Assembly (NCBI GenBank): GCA_963667785.2
Contig: CAXXMU010000008.1
Coordinates: 68,641-132,640, forward strand
From: Alphaproteobacteria bacterium
GTDB lineage: Bacteria; Pseudomonadota; Alphaproteobacteria; UBA828
Reading direction: 5' to 3'
Length of the DNA stretch: 64,000 nucleotides
Below are positions 32,762 to 42,447 of the stretch, piece by piece. Every line of letters begins with the position of its first letter. Within the stretch, counting starts at the first letter, position 1. A model generated the notes under the pieces. That model was not told the DNA's origin. It did not search any database and was given only the letters and a program-made list of their open reading frames with translations. The position numbers and the translations under genes were made by a program.

Positions 32762-33709
32762 TCAGTTCGCGCGCGGGTGTGCCGCCGTGTAAGCGGCCAT
32801 GAGCCCGGCCTCGTCGACGTCGGTGTAGCGCTGCGTCGTCGACAGGCTGGCGTGGCCCAGCAGCTCCTGGATCGTGCGCAGGTCGCCGCCGCCGGCGAGC
32901 AGGTGGGTGGCGAAGCTGTGGCGGAGCGCGTGCGGCGTCGCCGAGGCCGGCAGCCCGAGCGCGCCGCGCAGGCGCGCCATGGTCTGCTGCACGAGCCTGG
33001 GCTGAAGCCGCCGGCCGCGCACGCCGACGAAGAGGGGATCGCCCGGCTCCAGCCGGTGCGGACAGGCGGCGAGGTAATCGGCGATCGCCTCGGCCACCAC
33101 CGGCAGCACCGGCACCAGTCGCTGCTTGCCACCCTTGCCCGTGATCATCAGGCTGTGCAGCCCGCCGTCGGCGGCCGGCGCGTCCGCACGGTCGAGGCCG
33201 AGCGCCTCGCCGATGCGGAGGCCGCAGCCGTAGAGCAGCAGAAGCACCGCCGCATCCCGGCGGGCTACCCAGTCCGGCGCGCCCGCGCTGCGCCCGTCGA
33301 GATCGACGACGGCTGCAGCCTGGCCCTTGGTGAGAGGGCGGGGCACGCCCCGCGGCGTGCGCGGCCCGCGCACGAGCGAGAGCGCCGACGAGACGGGAAC
33401 GCCCTCGCGCTCGAGGTGGCGGAAGAAGACGCGAACCGCGGACAGGGCGCGGGACGTGGAGCTTCGCGCATATCCGTCGGCCGCGCGGCACGCGAGCCAG
33501 GCGCGCACATCCCGCACGCTGAGCGTGGCGAGCGTTGGGAGGTCGGGCTCTTTGCCTTCATGCTCCGAGAGAAAGCCGAGGAAGTCCTCCACGTCGCGCC
33601 GATAGGCGGCGATGGTGTTGGCGGAACGCCGCTGTTCGTCCGCGAGCTGCCCCAGCCAGGTCTCGACCGCGGCCTGCAGATCCGGCGCGGGCCACCATCG
33701 CAGAGTCAT
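32762..33709 (-). CDS. xerC: Tyrosine recombinase XerC
   Basis: [42 protein letters not shown]; xerC-tal-priA synteny. Confidence 0.9.
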   Translation of the reverse strand: MTLRWWPAPDLQAAVETWLGQLADEQRRSANTIAAYRRDVEDFLGFLSEHEGKEPDLPTLATLSVRDVRAWLACRAADGYARSSTSRALSAVRVFFRHLEREGVPVSSALSLVRGPRTPRGVPRPLTKGQAAAVVDLDGRSAGAPDWVARRDAAVLLLLYGCGLRIGEALGLDRADAPAADGGLHSLMITGKGGKQRLVPVLPVVAEAIADYLAACPHRLEPGDPLFVGVRGRRLQPRLVQQTMARLRGALGLPASATPHALRHSFATHLLAGGGDLRTIQELLGHASLSTTQRYTDVDEAGLMAAYTAAHPRAN

Positions 33710-34368
33710 GTCAGGATCGACTGGCCCGTCTTCTTCCAGTCGGCGAGGAAGGCGTCGAGCCCCTTGTCGGTGAGCGGGTGGCTCGCCAGCTTGCGCAGCA
33801 CCCCCGGCGGCACCGTCGCCACGTGGGCGCCCAGCTTCGCCGCCTCCACCACGTGGAGAGGATGGCGGATCGAGGCGACCAGGATCTCGGTGCCGATGGT
33901 GTCGGGGTAGGCCCGGTAGATCGTCGCGATCTCGCGGATCAGGCCCATGCCGTCCTGGCTGATGTCATCGAGCCGGCCGACGAAGGGCGAGATGAAGGCG
34001 GCGCCCGCCTTCGCCGCCAGCAGCGCCTGGGAGGGCGAAAAGCAGAGCGTCACGTTGACCTTGGTGCCGCCCTGGCTGAGCGCGCGGCAGGTCTTGAGGC
34101 CGTCCCAGGTGAGCGGCACCTTGACCGCGACGTTGGGGGCGATCCCGGCCAGCGTGCGGCCTTCCGAGAGCATGGTCTCGGCATCGGTCGCGGTGACCTC
34201 GGCGCTCACCGGCCCCGGCACGATCTCGCAGATGCGGCGGATCACGTCGAAGAAGTCGCCGCCGGACTTGGCGATCAGCGAGGGATTGGTGGTGACGCCG
34301 TCGAGCAGGCCGGTGGCCGCGAGGTCGCCGATCTCGTCGATGTCCGCCGTGTCCACGAAGAACTTCAT
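33706..34368 (-). CDS. tal: Transaldolase / fructose-6-phosphate aldolase family
   Basis: [39 protein letters not shown]. Confidence 0.93.
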   Translation of the reverse strand: MKFFVDTADIDEIGDLAATGLLDGVTTNPSLIAKSGGDFFDVIRRICEIVPGPVSAEVTATDAETMLSEGRTLAGIAPNVAVKVPLTWDGLKTCRALSQGGTKVNVTLCFSPSQALLAAKAGAAFISPFVGRLDDISQDGMGLIREIATIYRAYPDTIGTEILVASIRHPLHVVEAAKLGAHVATVPPGVLRKLASHPLTDKGLDAFLADWKKTGQSILT

Positions 34369-34568
34369 GCCGCCGCTCCGTCTGCGCGCCGCCGCCGGTC
34401 GCCGGCCGGGCGGGATATCGGACTGGACGCCGCCCTGGGAGTGATGCAGGAGGTGCGCATGAGCACAGCGCCTGCGAGTCGACTCGACGCCGGTCCGGCG
34501 GTGCAGGTGGGCGGCCTCTTAGCATGTCCCGTTCGCGGTTTCCATTGCGGGGCCGGCGGAGGGGTGCG

Positions 34569-36743
34569 GTGAGCCGCGTTGCCGTCCTGCTGCCGCTGCC
34601 CTTGGAGCGTGCCTACGACTACGCCGTGCCGGATGATCTCGCCGGCACCGTCGCCCCCGGCTCCTTCGTGCGCGTGCCGCTCTCGGGCCGCGAGCGCGTG
34701 GGTGTGGTCTGGGGCGCGGGCGTCGACGACATCGACGCGAGCCGGGTGAAGCCGCTGACCGAGGTGCTGGAGGCGCCGCCGATGACCGGGCCGCTCAGGC
34801 GCCTCGTCGACTGGGCCGCCGACTACACGCTCGCCAACCGGGGGGCGGTGCTGCGCATGGCGATGAGCGTCCCCGCCTCCATCGAGCCCCCGCGCCTGCG
34901 CACCGCCTACCGGCTTGGACCCGAGGCGGCGGCGCGCATGACGGCGGCGCGGGAGCGCGTGCTCGCCCTGCTGCGGGACGGGCCGCCGCGCACCGCCGCC
35001 GAGATCGCGCGCGAGGCGGGGGTGAGCGCCGGCGTTGTGAGCGGACTGGCCGCTCTCGGCGCCATCGAGGCGGTCTCGCTGCCCGAGCTGGCCTCCTTCG
35101 GCCTGCCCGACGTGCGCCGCGCCGGGCCGGTCCTCTCCGAGGCCCAGTCGGCTGCCGCGACGGCGCTCCGGAAGACGGTGGCCGACCGGGCGTTCTCGGT
35201 CGCCGTCCTCGACGGGGTGACCGGCGCAGGCAAGACGGAGGTCTATTTCGAGGCCCTCGCGGCTGCCGTCGGCGCCGGTTTGCAGGTGCTGGTGATGCTG
35301 CCGGAGATCGCGCTCGGGGCCCAGTGGCTCGCGCGCTTCCGTGCACGGTTCGGCGTCGAGCCTGCGGTCTGGCATTCCGAGCTGGGGGCGCGGCAGCGGC
35401 GCGAGACCTGGCGCGCCGTCGCCGAGGGCCGGGCGCGGGTGGTGGTGGGTGCGCGATCCGCGCTCTGGCTCCCCTTCCGTGCCCTCGGCCTGATCGTGGT
35501 GGACGAGGAGCACGACGCCGCCTTCAAGCAGGAGGACGGCGTGATCTACCACGCCCGCGACATGGCCGTGGTCCGGGCCCGGCTCGAGGGCTGCGCCTGC
35601 GTGCTGGTCTCCGCGACGCCCTCGCTGGAGACCGCGGTCAACGTGGAGAGCGGCCGCTACGGGCGGGTCCGGCTGCCGGATCGCCACGGCGGCGCGCTGC
35701 TGCCGGCGATCGAGACGGTCGATCTGCGCGGGACGCCGCCGGCTCGGGGCACCTGGCTCGCGCCCGCGCTCCGCTCTGCCCTGGCCGAGACCCTGGAGGC
35801 CGGCGAGCAGGCGCTGCTCTTCCTCAACCGCCGGGGCTATGCGCCGCTCACCCTCTGTCGCGCCTGCGGCCACCGCATGCAGTGCGCCGATTGTAGCGCC
35901 TGGCTGGTGGAGCACCGTTTCGCCGGCACCCTCGACTGCCACCATTGCGGCCACCGCCGGCCGTTGCCCGCGGCCTGTCCCGCCTGCGAGGCGGAAGACA
36001 GCTTCGTGCCTATCGGCCCCGGCGTGGAGCGGCTGGCGGAGGAGGTGGACGATAGCTTCCCCGGTGCCCGCTGGGCGGTGTTCACCAGCGACACGGTGCG
36101 CGGCCCGAGCGAGATGCAGGTACTGGTGGACGCCATCGCGGCGCGCGAGATCGACGTGCTGATCGGCACGCAGATGGTGGCCAAGGGGCATCACTTCCCG
36201 GCGCTGACCCTGGTGGGCGTCGTCGATGCCGACCTGGGCCTCGCCGGCGGCGACATGCGCGCGGCCGAGCGCACCTATCAGCTACTCCACCAGGTGGGCG
36301 GGCGGGCCGGGCGCGGCGGCCGGCCGGGGCGGGTCGTGCTCCAGACCTATGCGCCGGAACACCCCGTGATGGCCGCGCTCGCAGCCGGCGACCGCGATTC
36401 CTTCATGGCGCAGGAGGCGGCGGCGCGCGAGGCCCACGGCCTGCCGCCCTTCGGCCGGCTCGCCGCGGTGATCGCGTCGGGGCCGGGCGAGGCGGAGACC
36501 CGGCGCGCCGCGGCGACGCTTGCGCGGCTCGCGCGCGCCGACGAGCGCCGCCTCGGCATCCAGGTGCTGGGGCCGGCGCCGGCGCCGCTCAGGCTGCTGC
36601 GCGGGCGCCACCGCTTCCGCCTCCTGTTCAAGGCGCCGCGCGGCCTGCTGCTGCAGCCCCACCTCGCACGCTGGCTCGCCGCGCTCGAGCGGCGCGCGCG
36701 GACGCGGCTGCAGGTGGACATCGACCCCCAGAGCTTCATGTGA
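34569..36743 (+). CDS. priA: Primosomal protein N'
   Basis: GVTGAGKTEVY, VDEEHD..FKQE, Cys-rich Zn motif, GTQMVAKGH, QVGGRAGR, DIDPQSF. Confidence 0.97.
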   Translation: MSRVAVLLPLPLERAYDYAVPDDLAGTVAPGSFVRVPLSGRERVGVVWGAGVDDIDASRVKPLTEVLEAPPMTGPLRRLVDWAADYTLANRGAVLRMAMSVPASIEPPRLRTAYRLGPEAAARMTAARERVLALLRDGPPRTAAEIAREAGVSAGVVSGLAALGAIEAVSLPELASFGLPDVRRAGPVLSEAQSAAATALRKTVADRAFSVAVLDGVTGAGKTEVYFEALAAAVGAGLQVLVMLPEIALGAQWLARFRARFGVEPAVWHSELGARQRRETWRAVAEGRARVVVGARSALWLPFRALGLIVVDEEHDAAFKQEDGVIYHARDMAVVRARLEGCACVLVSATPSLETAVNVESGRYGRVRLPDRHGGALLPAIETVDLRGTPPARGTWLAPALRSALAETLEAGEQALLFLNRRGYAPLTLCRACGHRMQCADCSAWLVEHRFAGTLDCHHCGHRRPLPAACPACEAEDSFVPIGPGVERLAEEVDDSFPGARWAVFTSDTVRGPSEMQVLVDAIAAREIDVLIGTQMVAKGHHFPALTLVGVVDADLGLAGGDMRAAERTYQLLHQVGGRAGRGGRPGRVVLQTYAPEHPVMAALAAGDRDSFMAQEAAAREAHGLPPFGRLAAVIASGPGEAETRRAAATLARLARADERRLGIQVLGPAPAPLRLLRGRHRFRLLFKAPRGLLLQPHLARWLAALERRARTRLQVDIDPQSFM

Positions 36744-36781
36744 GCCCTGTCATGCGGCCGGATATGCTAAGAAGAGGCGCC

Positions 36782-37606
36782 ATGGAACCGACCGTCGTCG
36801 GCATCGACGACGCCACCGTCGAGCGCTTTCGCCGCGACGGCGTCGTCCACCTCGAAGGCGCCTTCGCCGACTGGGTCGAAACGCTCCGCGCCGGTGTCGA
36901 GCGCAACATGCGGACCCCCGGCCCCTACACCAAGGAATACGAGCCCGAGGGCTCGAAGGGCTACTTCTTCGGCGACTACTGCAACTGGGCGCGCATCCCC
37001 GAATACCGGGACTTCGTGTTCCGCTCCCACGCCGCGGCGCTGGCCGCCAGGCTGATCGGCTCGCGCACGGCGCGCTTCTTCCACGAGCACGTGCTGGTGA
37101 AGGAGCCCCGGACCGAATCGCGCACGCCGTGGCATCACGACCTGCCCTACTACTGCATCGACGGCACCCAGTGCGTGAGCCTCTGGACCCCGCTCGACCC
37201 GGTGCCGCGCGCGGTCTCTCTGGAGCTCGTGGTGGGCTCCCACCGCTGGGGCAAGTCGTTCATGCCGAGGAAGTTCATTGGCGTCGACTACCGGCGCGAC
37301 AGCGAGGCGCTCGATGCCATGCCGGACATCGACGGGCATCGCGACGACTACGAGATCGCCTCCTTCGACATGGCGCCGGGCGATGCCATCGCCTTCCACT
37401 TCCTCACCGTCCACGGCGCGCCGGGCAACGCCTCGCCGTCCGCGCGCCGCCGTGCCTTCGTCCACCGCTGGGTGGGCGACGACGCGCGCTTCAAGGTCCG
37501 GCCCGGCGAGGTCTCGCCGCCGTTCCCCGAGGTGCACGAGCGGCTCGGCGACGGCGATGCGCTCGACGATCCCGAATTCCCGCTCGTGTGGCAAGCGGAC
37601 GGCTGA
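36782..37606 (+). CDS. Phytanoyl-CoA dioxygenase (PhyH) family Fe(II)/2OG enzyme
   Basis: TPWHHD (HxD), GSHRW, PGDAIAFHFLTVHGA, RRRAF. Confidence 0.88.
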   Translation: MEPTVVGIDDATVERFRRDGVVHLEGAFADWVETLRAGVERNMRTPGPYTKEYEPEGSKGYFFGDYCNWARIPEYRDFVFRSHAAALAARLIGSRTARFFHEHVLVKEPRTESRTPWHHDLPYYCIDGTQCVSLWTPLDPVPRAVSLELVVGSHRWGKSFMPRKFIGVDYRRDSEALDAMPDIDGHRDDYEIASFDMAPGDAIAFHFLTVHGAPGNASPSARRRAFVHRWVGDDARFKVRPGEVSPPFPEVHERLGDGDALDDPEFPLVWQADG

Positions 37607-37720
37607 GGCCGTCCCCGCCGCGCCATATCCCGCCCGCCGTGACTTGCCCCGGTGCGTTTGCTAGGGTTCCGCAGGCCCGACCGCCGGCGCGGTCCCGACC
37701 GGCGCGCAGGGGAGGATGCC

Positions 37721-38551
37721 ATGATCATCCAGAGCTCGACGGGCGAGCGCGATGACGGCGCCCGCTTCGCCATCACCCTCGACGAGCATCTGCAGCTTGT
37801 CGGCCAGCTCGCCGAGAACTTCGGCAACGACGCCTTCGCGCAGCCCGAGCCGCGCGAGTACTTCCTCTACGCCTGCCGCTGGCACGACAAGGGCTGGAAG
37901 GATCTGGACGACAACCCGCCGCTCGATCCCGCGACCGGGCTGCCCTACAACCTGGTGGAGACGCCGATCCCCATCATCACGCTGACCGGCTGCCGCTCGC
38001 CCGAGTACAACGAGGCGCACCACGCCTATTGCGGGCTGCTGGACAGCATGCACATCTGGGGCCTCTACAACGGCCGCTACGGCCTCTCCGACAAGGTGCT
38101 GATCGATATTGTGCCGGAGCAGCACAAGCTCGCCGCCGAGACCATGCTGAGCACGGAGCGCCAGCGCCAGGAGCGGCTCACCCGGGTGCTGCAGGACGAC
38201 TCCGAGACCGCGCCCTGGGTCGAGGAGGAGCGCCTCTTCGCCAGCTACAAGGCGCTGCAGTTCTTCGACACCTTCGCCCTCTACTTCAACTGCGTGCACC
38301 CGGAAGGACGCGGCGAGAGCACCTTCGCCAACGTGCCGCGCGGCGTCGGCGACGATGTCGACGTGGAGGTCCGCGCGCTCGGCGACGGCGTCTACAGCCT
38401 CGACCCCTATCCCTTCCGCGACGACGGGCTGGAGGTCTCGTTCACCGGCCGCCATCTCACGCCCTTCGGCGCGGACGAGGCGCCCGACATGGCGGCGGTG
38501 ATGCGCGAGACGCCGCGCGAGCGCCAGAGCGCCCGGCTGATCGCGGCCTGA
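37721..38551 (+). CDS. DUF3891 family protein
   Basis: EH..L.GQLA..FGN, WHDKGW..LD..P..D..TG.PY, LL.SMH...LY, LDPYPF; GGAGG upstream. Confidence 0.75.
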   Translation: MIIQSSTGERDDGARFAITLDEHLQLVGQLAENFGNDAFAQPEPREYFLYACRWHDKGWKDLDDNPPLDPATGLPYNLVETPIPIITLTGCRSPEYNEAHHAYCGLLDSMHIWGLYNGRYGLSDKVLIDIVPEQHKLAAETMLSTERQRQERLTRVLQDDSETAPWVEEERLFASYKALQFFDTFALYFNCVHPEGRGESTFANVPRGVGDDVDVEVRALGDGVYSLDPYPFRDDGLEVSFTGRHLTPFGADEAPDMAAVMRETPRERQSARLIAA

Positions 38552-38592
38552 GCCGCCGCCGCGTCGTCCGAGCCCGAGGCCAGAGAGCGACC

Positions 38593-39111
38593 GTGCCCGC
38601 CACCCCGTCCGCACGCCCGAGCCCCGTCGAGGTGCTGGGGCTAGATCATGTCGTGCTGCGGGTGGCCGACATCGAGGCCTCGCTCGACTGGTACCGGCGC
38701 GTGCTCGGCTGCACCGTGGAGCGGCGCATCGAGAGCTTCGGCCTCTATCAGCTTCGCGCGGGCACCAACCTGATCGACCTGGTGCCTGTCGGCAGCAGGG
38801 CCGGCCGGCCCGGCGGCGGCGCACCGGGGAAGACGCGGCGCAACATGGAGCACTTCGCGCTCAGGCTCGCCGCCTTCGACGAGACCAGGCTCAGGCGCCA
38901 TCTCAGGCGGCGGGGCGTCGAGGCGGGCGAGACGGCGCGGCGCTACGGCGCCGACGGTCACGGCCCCTCGCTCTACCTGACCGATCCCGACGGCAACACG
39001 GTCGAGCTCAAGGGGCCGCCCGATGCCGACCAGGACGAGAGGGTGGCGGACGCCGAGTACCCGGCGAAGGCGAGGCGGCGGACTCCGGCCGGCAGGAGCG
39101 CGAGAGCATGA
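38593..39111 (+). CDS. VOC family protein
   Basis: GLDHVVLRVAD, QLRAG..LIDL, HFAL, RYGADG.GPSLYLTDPDGNTVELKGP. Confidence 0.88.
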   Translation: MPATPSARPSPVEVLGLDHVVLRVADIEASLDWYRRVLGCTVERRIESFGLYQLRAGTNLIDLVPVGSRAGRPGGGAPGKTRRNMEHFALRLAAFDETRLRRHLRRRGVEAGETARRYGADGHGPSLYLTDPDGNTVELKGPPDADQDERVADAEYPAKARRRTPAGRSARA

Positions 39112-40154
39112 AGGCGGTCGTCATCCACCGGCACGGCGGGCCGGAAGAGCTCGTCTACGAGGACATCGAGACGCCGGCGATCGGGCCCGAGGACGTGCTC
39201 ATCAGGCTGGAGGCGGTCGGCCTCAACCACTTCGACCTCGACGTCTGCGACGGCATCTCCGGCTATCTCGACCTCGACATGCCGCACATCCTCGGCGTCG
39301 AGGGCGCGGGCACCGTCGCCGAGACCGGCGCCGCCGTAAGCGCCTTCCGCCCCGGCGACCGGGTGATGCCCTTCCTCACCATCACCTCCGGCCTCTGCCG
39401 CCACCGGGTGTGCAACTGCGCGCTCGGGATGGACAACATCTGCCTCGATTTCGAGAAGCTGGGAGTCACCTGCTGGGGCACCTACGCGGAGTACGTGAAG
39501 GTCTCGCACCACAACGTGATCCGCGTGCCCGACGGGCTCTCGTCGCTGGATGCGGCGGCAGGCCAGGTCGCCTTCGCCACCGCCTGGGAGCTGGTGGTGA
39601 AGAAGGCCCAGGTCCGCCAGGGCGAGGACGTGCTCATCAACGCCGCCGGCAGCGGAGTCGGCTCCGCCGCGATCCAGTGCGCCCGTCTCGCCGGCGCGCG
39701 GGTGATCGCAACCGCCGGCACGGGCGAGAAGCTCGCGCGCGCCCGCCAGCTCGGCGCGGACGAGGTCGTCAACTACAACGAGACCCCGGCCATCGGCGAT
39801 GCCGTGCGCGCGCTCACCGGCGGGCGCGGCGTCGACGTCTGCATCGAGATGGTGGGGGGCGCCGTGCTGCAGCAGAGCCTCGATGCGCTCGCGCTCAACG
39901 GGCGGCTCGCCACCTGCGGGGCGCATGCGGGCGAGAAGGTCGAGATCGACATGATCGAGTTCTTCCGCAAGCAGATCACCATGACGAGCTGTCACTTCGC
40001 GCCGAAGTCGACCAACAACGAGGTCCTGCGCCTGATGGAGCAGGGCAAGCTGAGGCCGGTGATCGGCGAGGTTCTGCCGCTGGCGGAGATGCGCACCGCC
40101 CACGAGCGGCTGGCGAACCGCGCCGTCTTCGGCAAGATTGTGCTCGAAGTCTAG
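39108..40154 (+). CDS. Zinc-binding medium-chain dehydrogenase / quinone oxidoreductase
   Basis: HGGPEEL, GLNHFD, ILGVEGAG, AAGSGVG, FGKIVL. Confidence 0.88.
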   Translation: MKAVVIHRHGGPEELVYEDIETPAIGPEDVLIRLEAVGLNHFDLDVCDGISGYLDLDMPHILGVEGAGTVAETGAAVSAFRPGDRVMPFLTITSGLCRHRVCNCALGMDNICLDFEKLGVTCWGTYAEYVKVSHHNVIRVPDGLSSLDAAAGQVAFATAWELVVKKAQVRQGEDVLINAAGSGVGSAAIQCARLAGARVIATAGTGEKLARARQLGADEVVNYNETPAIGDAVRALTGGRGVDVCIEMVGGAVLQQSLDALALNGRLATCGAHAGEKVEIDMIEFFRKQITMTSCHFAPKSTNNEVLRLMEQGKLRPVIGEVLPLAEMRTAHERLANRAVFGKIVLEV

Positions 40155-40165
40155 CGGGGCAGGGC

Positions 40166-41164
40166 ATGGCCGAATTGGAACTGCATAAGGTCGAGTGCTG
40201 GCTTCGCCGGCAGGTCGTCCTCGACAGCCTCAGCATGAGGGCGCCGTCGGGGCGCATCACCGCGCTGCTGGGCGACGAGGAATCGGGCCGGATGACCGCG
40301 CTCAAGGTCATCGCCGGGACCGAGAAGGTCCAGGACGGCGCCATCCTGATCGACGGCGAGGACGTGCTCGGGCAGCGCCCGGGGGTGCGGAGCGTGGCGA
40401 CGGTCTTCCGCACCGCCGCGCTGATGCCGCACCGGACGGCCTACGAGAACATCGCCTATCCGCTGCGGATCGCCCGCTTCGACCAGGAGACGATCCAGGC
40501 GCGCACGATGGCCGTCGCCGAGCACTTCGGGCTCACCGAGGTGCTCACGCAAAGGCCCAAGAAGCTCCCGGCCGTTGAGTGCTACCAGATCGGCCTCGCC
40601 CGCGCGCTGGTGCGCGATCCCGCGGTCTACCTCTTCGAGCTGCCGGCGGAGGACGATTCGGACATTCGCGATCTGGCGCTCGCCGAGATGCGCCGGCTGC
40701 GGGACGAGTTCGGCCGCACCGTGCTCTATGCCACCGGGAACGTCGACGACGTGCGCGGGTTCGCCGACTGGATCGTCGTCCTGCACGAGGGGCGGCGGCT
40801 GCAGATGGGGAGCTTCGAGCGGATCGTCAAGTGGCCCACCACGCGGCGGGTGGCCGGGCTCTTCGGCGCGAAGCTGCGGGCAGCCCGCGTGCTCGAGGTC
40901 GCCGGCGACGGCGCGCTCACCGTGAGCCTCAAGGACGGCACGACGCTCGAACTCCCGTGCGATTCGGACGGCGCCGCGGCCGGTGAGCGCGCCACCCTCG
41001 CCATCTGGCCGGAGCACATCGGGCGCGAGGGCGATGCGCCGGTCTATCCGGCCGAGCACTGCTACCTGTTCAGCGAGAAGGGGCGGCTCGTGCTGGGGCC
41101 CTCGGGTCTGCCGCCCAAGCGAAAGCCGAAGAAGAGCGCCCGCCCCCGGGCCCGGCGGCGCTGA
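40166..41164 (+). CDS. MalK-like ABC ATP-binding protein with degenerate catalytic motifs
   Basis: MalK-like layout (RSVATVF, LMPHRTAYENIAYPL, ARALVRDP, TOBE-like tail), but Walker A = GDEESGRMT, signature = LPAVE, Walker B = LFELP. Confidence 0.75.
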   Translation: MAELELHKVECWLRRQVVLDSLSMRAPSGRITALLGDEESGRMTALKVIAGTEKVQDGAILIDGEDVLGQRPGVRSVATVFRTAALMPHRTAYENIAYPLRIARFDQETIQARTMAVAEHFGLTEVLTQRPKKLPAVECYQIGLARALVRDPAVYLFELPAEDDSDIRDLALAEMRRLRDEFGRTVLYATGNVDDVRGFADWIVVLHEGRRLQMGSFERIVKWPTTRRVAGLFGAKLRAARVLEVAGDGALTVSLKDGTTLELPCDSDGAAAGERATLAIWPEHIGREGDAPVYPAEHCYLFSEKGRLVLGPSGLPPKRKPKKSARPRARRR

Positions 41165-41444
41165 TCGGCGGGCAGCGCCGCCCGCCGCAATCCCGCCTCG
41201 GCTGCGGGCAGCGGTCGAGTCGCGACACGTCCCGTGCAGGACGCAGCCCCGGCACGTCCGAACCATCAATATATGGAAACGAGTTAAGACTTGATCACAA
41301 CATCGTGTAAGCATTGATAAAGCGTGAGACAGGAAGCCGCCTGTCATTCATTATGCCGGCCCGCGCGGCCGCGTTGCCACTCACGCGCCGCCCACACTAG
41401 GATGAGAAGCGGCCACGCCCGCCCACGAACGGACTCCTCAGCAG

Positions 41445-42101
41445 ATGATGGACCACGCCGCCGCCCGCCGAAACATGGTCACGGGCCAGATCATGACCAA
41501 CCGCGTCACCGACGAGCGGTTGATCGAGGCGATGGCGGACATTCCGCGCGAGCGCTTCGTCCCCCATGCCAGGCGGGGCGTCGCCTACGTGGACGAGGAC
41601 GTGGAGGTCGCGCCCGGCCGCTACCTGATGGAGCCCATGGTGCTCGCCCGCCTGGTGCAGGAGGCCGGCGTCACGGCCGACGACGTGGTCCTCGATGTCG
41701 GCTGCGGCACCGGCTACGCGACGGCCGTCATGGCCCGCCTCGCCGCCACCGTGATCGCGCTGGACGTGGACGAGGCGCTCGCCGCCGAGGCGGAGCGCGC
41801 GCTGAGCGCCGTTGGTGCCGACAACGCCATCGTGGTGAGCGGCCCGCTTGCCGAAGGCCACGCCCGCCAGGCGCCTTACGACGTGATCCTGATGGGCGGC
41901 GCGGTCGATCATCTGCCGCAGGCGCTGGTGGATCAGCTTGCCGAGGCGGGCAGGGTCGTCGGCGTCCTGTGCGAGCCCGACACGATGGGGCAGGCGACGC
42001 TCTGGGCGCGCCACCGGGGCGCGCTCTCCAGCCGCCGGCTGTTCGAGGTCTCGCTGCCGGCTCTCCCCGGCATCGCCCGGCCCGCGCGCTTCGAGTTCTA
42101 G
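41445..42101 (+). CDS. pcm: Protein-L-isoaspartate O-methyltransferase family
   Basis: ARRNMV..QI, PRERFVP, VLDVGCGTGY, APYDVI; pcm-rhodanese-tolC synteny. Confidence 0.9.
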   Translation: MMDHAAARRNMVTGQIMTNRVTDERLIEAMADIPRERFVPHARRGVAYVDEDVEVAPGRYLMEPMVLARLVQEAGVTADDVVLDVGCGTGYATAVMARLAATVIALDVDEALAAEAERALSAVGADNAIVVSGPLAEGHARQAPYDVILMGGAVDHLPQALVDQLAEAGRVVGVLCEPDTMGQATLWARHRGALSSRRLFEVSLPALPGIARPARFEF

Positions 42102-42105
42102 GGCG

Positions 42106-42435
42106 ATGGAGGGGGAGGTGCCGGCCCTCTCGGTCGGGGATTTCGCGGCGCTGCGCGCCCGCGCCGAGCCTTACGCGCTGCTCGACGTGCGCGAGCCCTG
42201 GGAGGTGGCGCTCGGCGCGCTGCCGGAGGCGATGGCCATACCCATGAGCGAGCTGCCCGACCGGCTCGACGCACTGCCGGCGGATCGCCCGCTCGTGGTG
42301 CTCTGCCACCACGGCCAGCGGAGCGGCCACGTCACCGCGTGGCTGCGGCGGCTCGGTTACGACAATGCGGTCAATCTCGAGGGCGGCATCGACGCCTGGG
42401 CGCGGACGGTCGATCCGGCCATGGCGACCTACTGA
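42106..42435 (+). CDS. Rhodanese-like domain protein
   Basis: LLDVREPWE, LCHHGQRS, NLEGGIDAW. Confidence 0.92.
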   Translation: MEGEVPALSVGDFAALRARAEPYALLDVREPWEVALGALPEAMAIPMSELPDRLDALPADRPLVVLCHHGQRSGHVTAWLRRLGYDNAVNLEGGIDAWARTVDPAMATY

Positions 42436-42447
42436 AGGGAGCGGACC

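Noticed and set aside
32762-33709. Tyrosine recombinase as a prophage integrase for the phage genes
   Set aside because: Motifs and xerC-tal-priA synteny indicate housekeeping XerC; Mu-like elements use DDE transposases.
41165-41400. tRNA near pcm
   Set aside because: No cloverleaf or TTCGA T-loop with CCA end seen on either strand.
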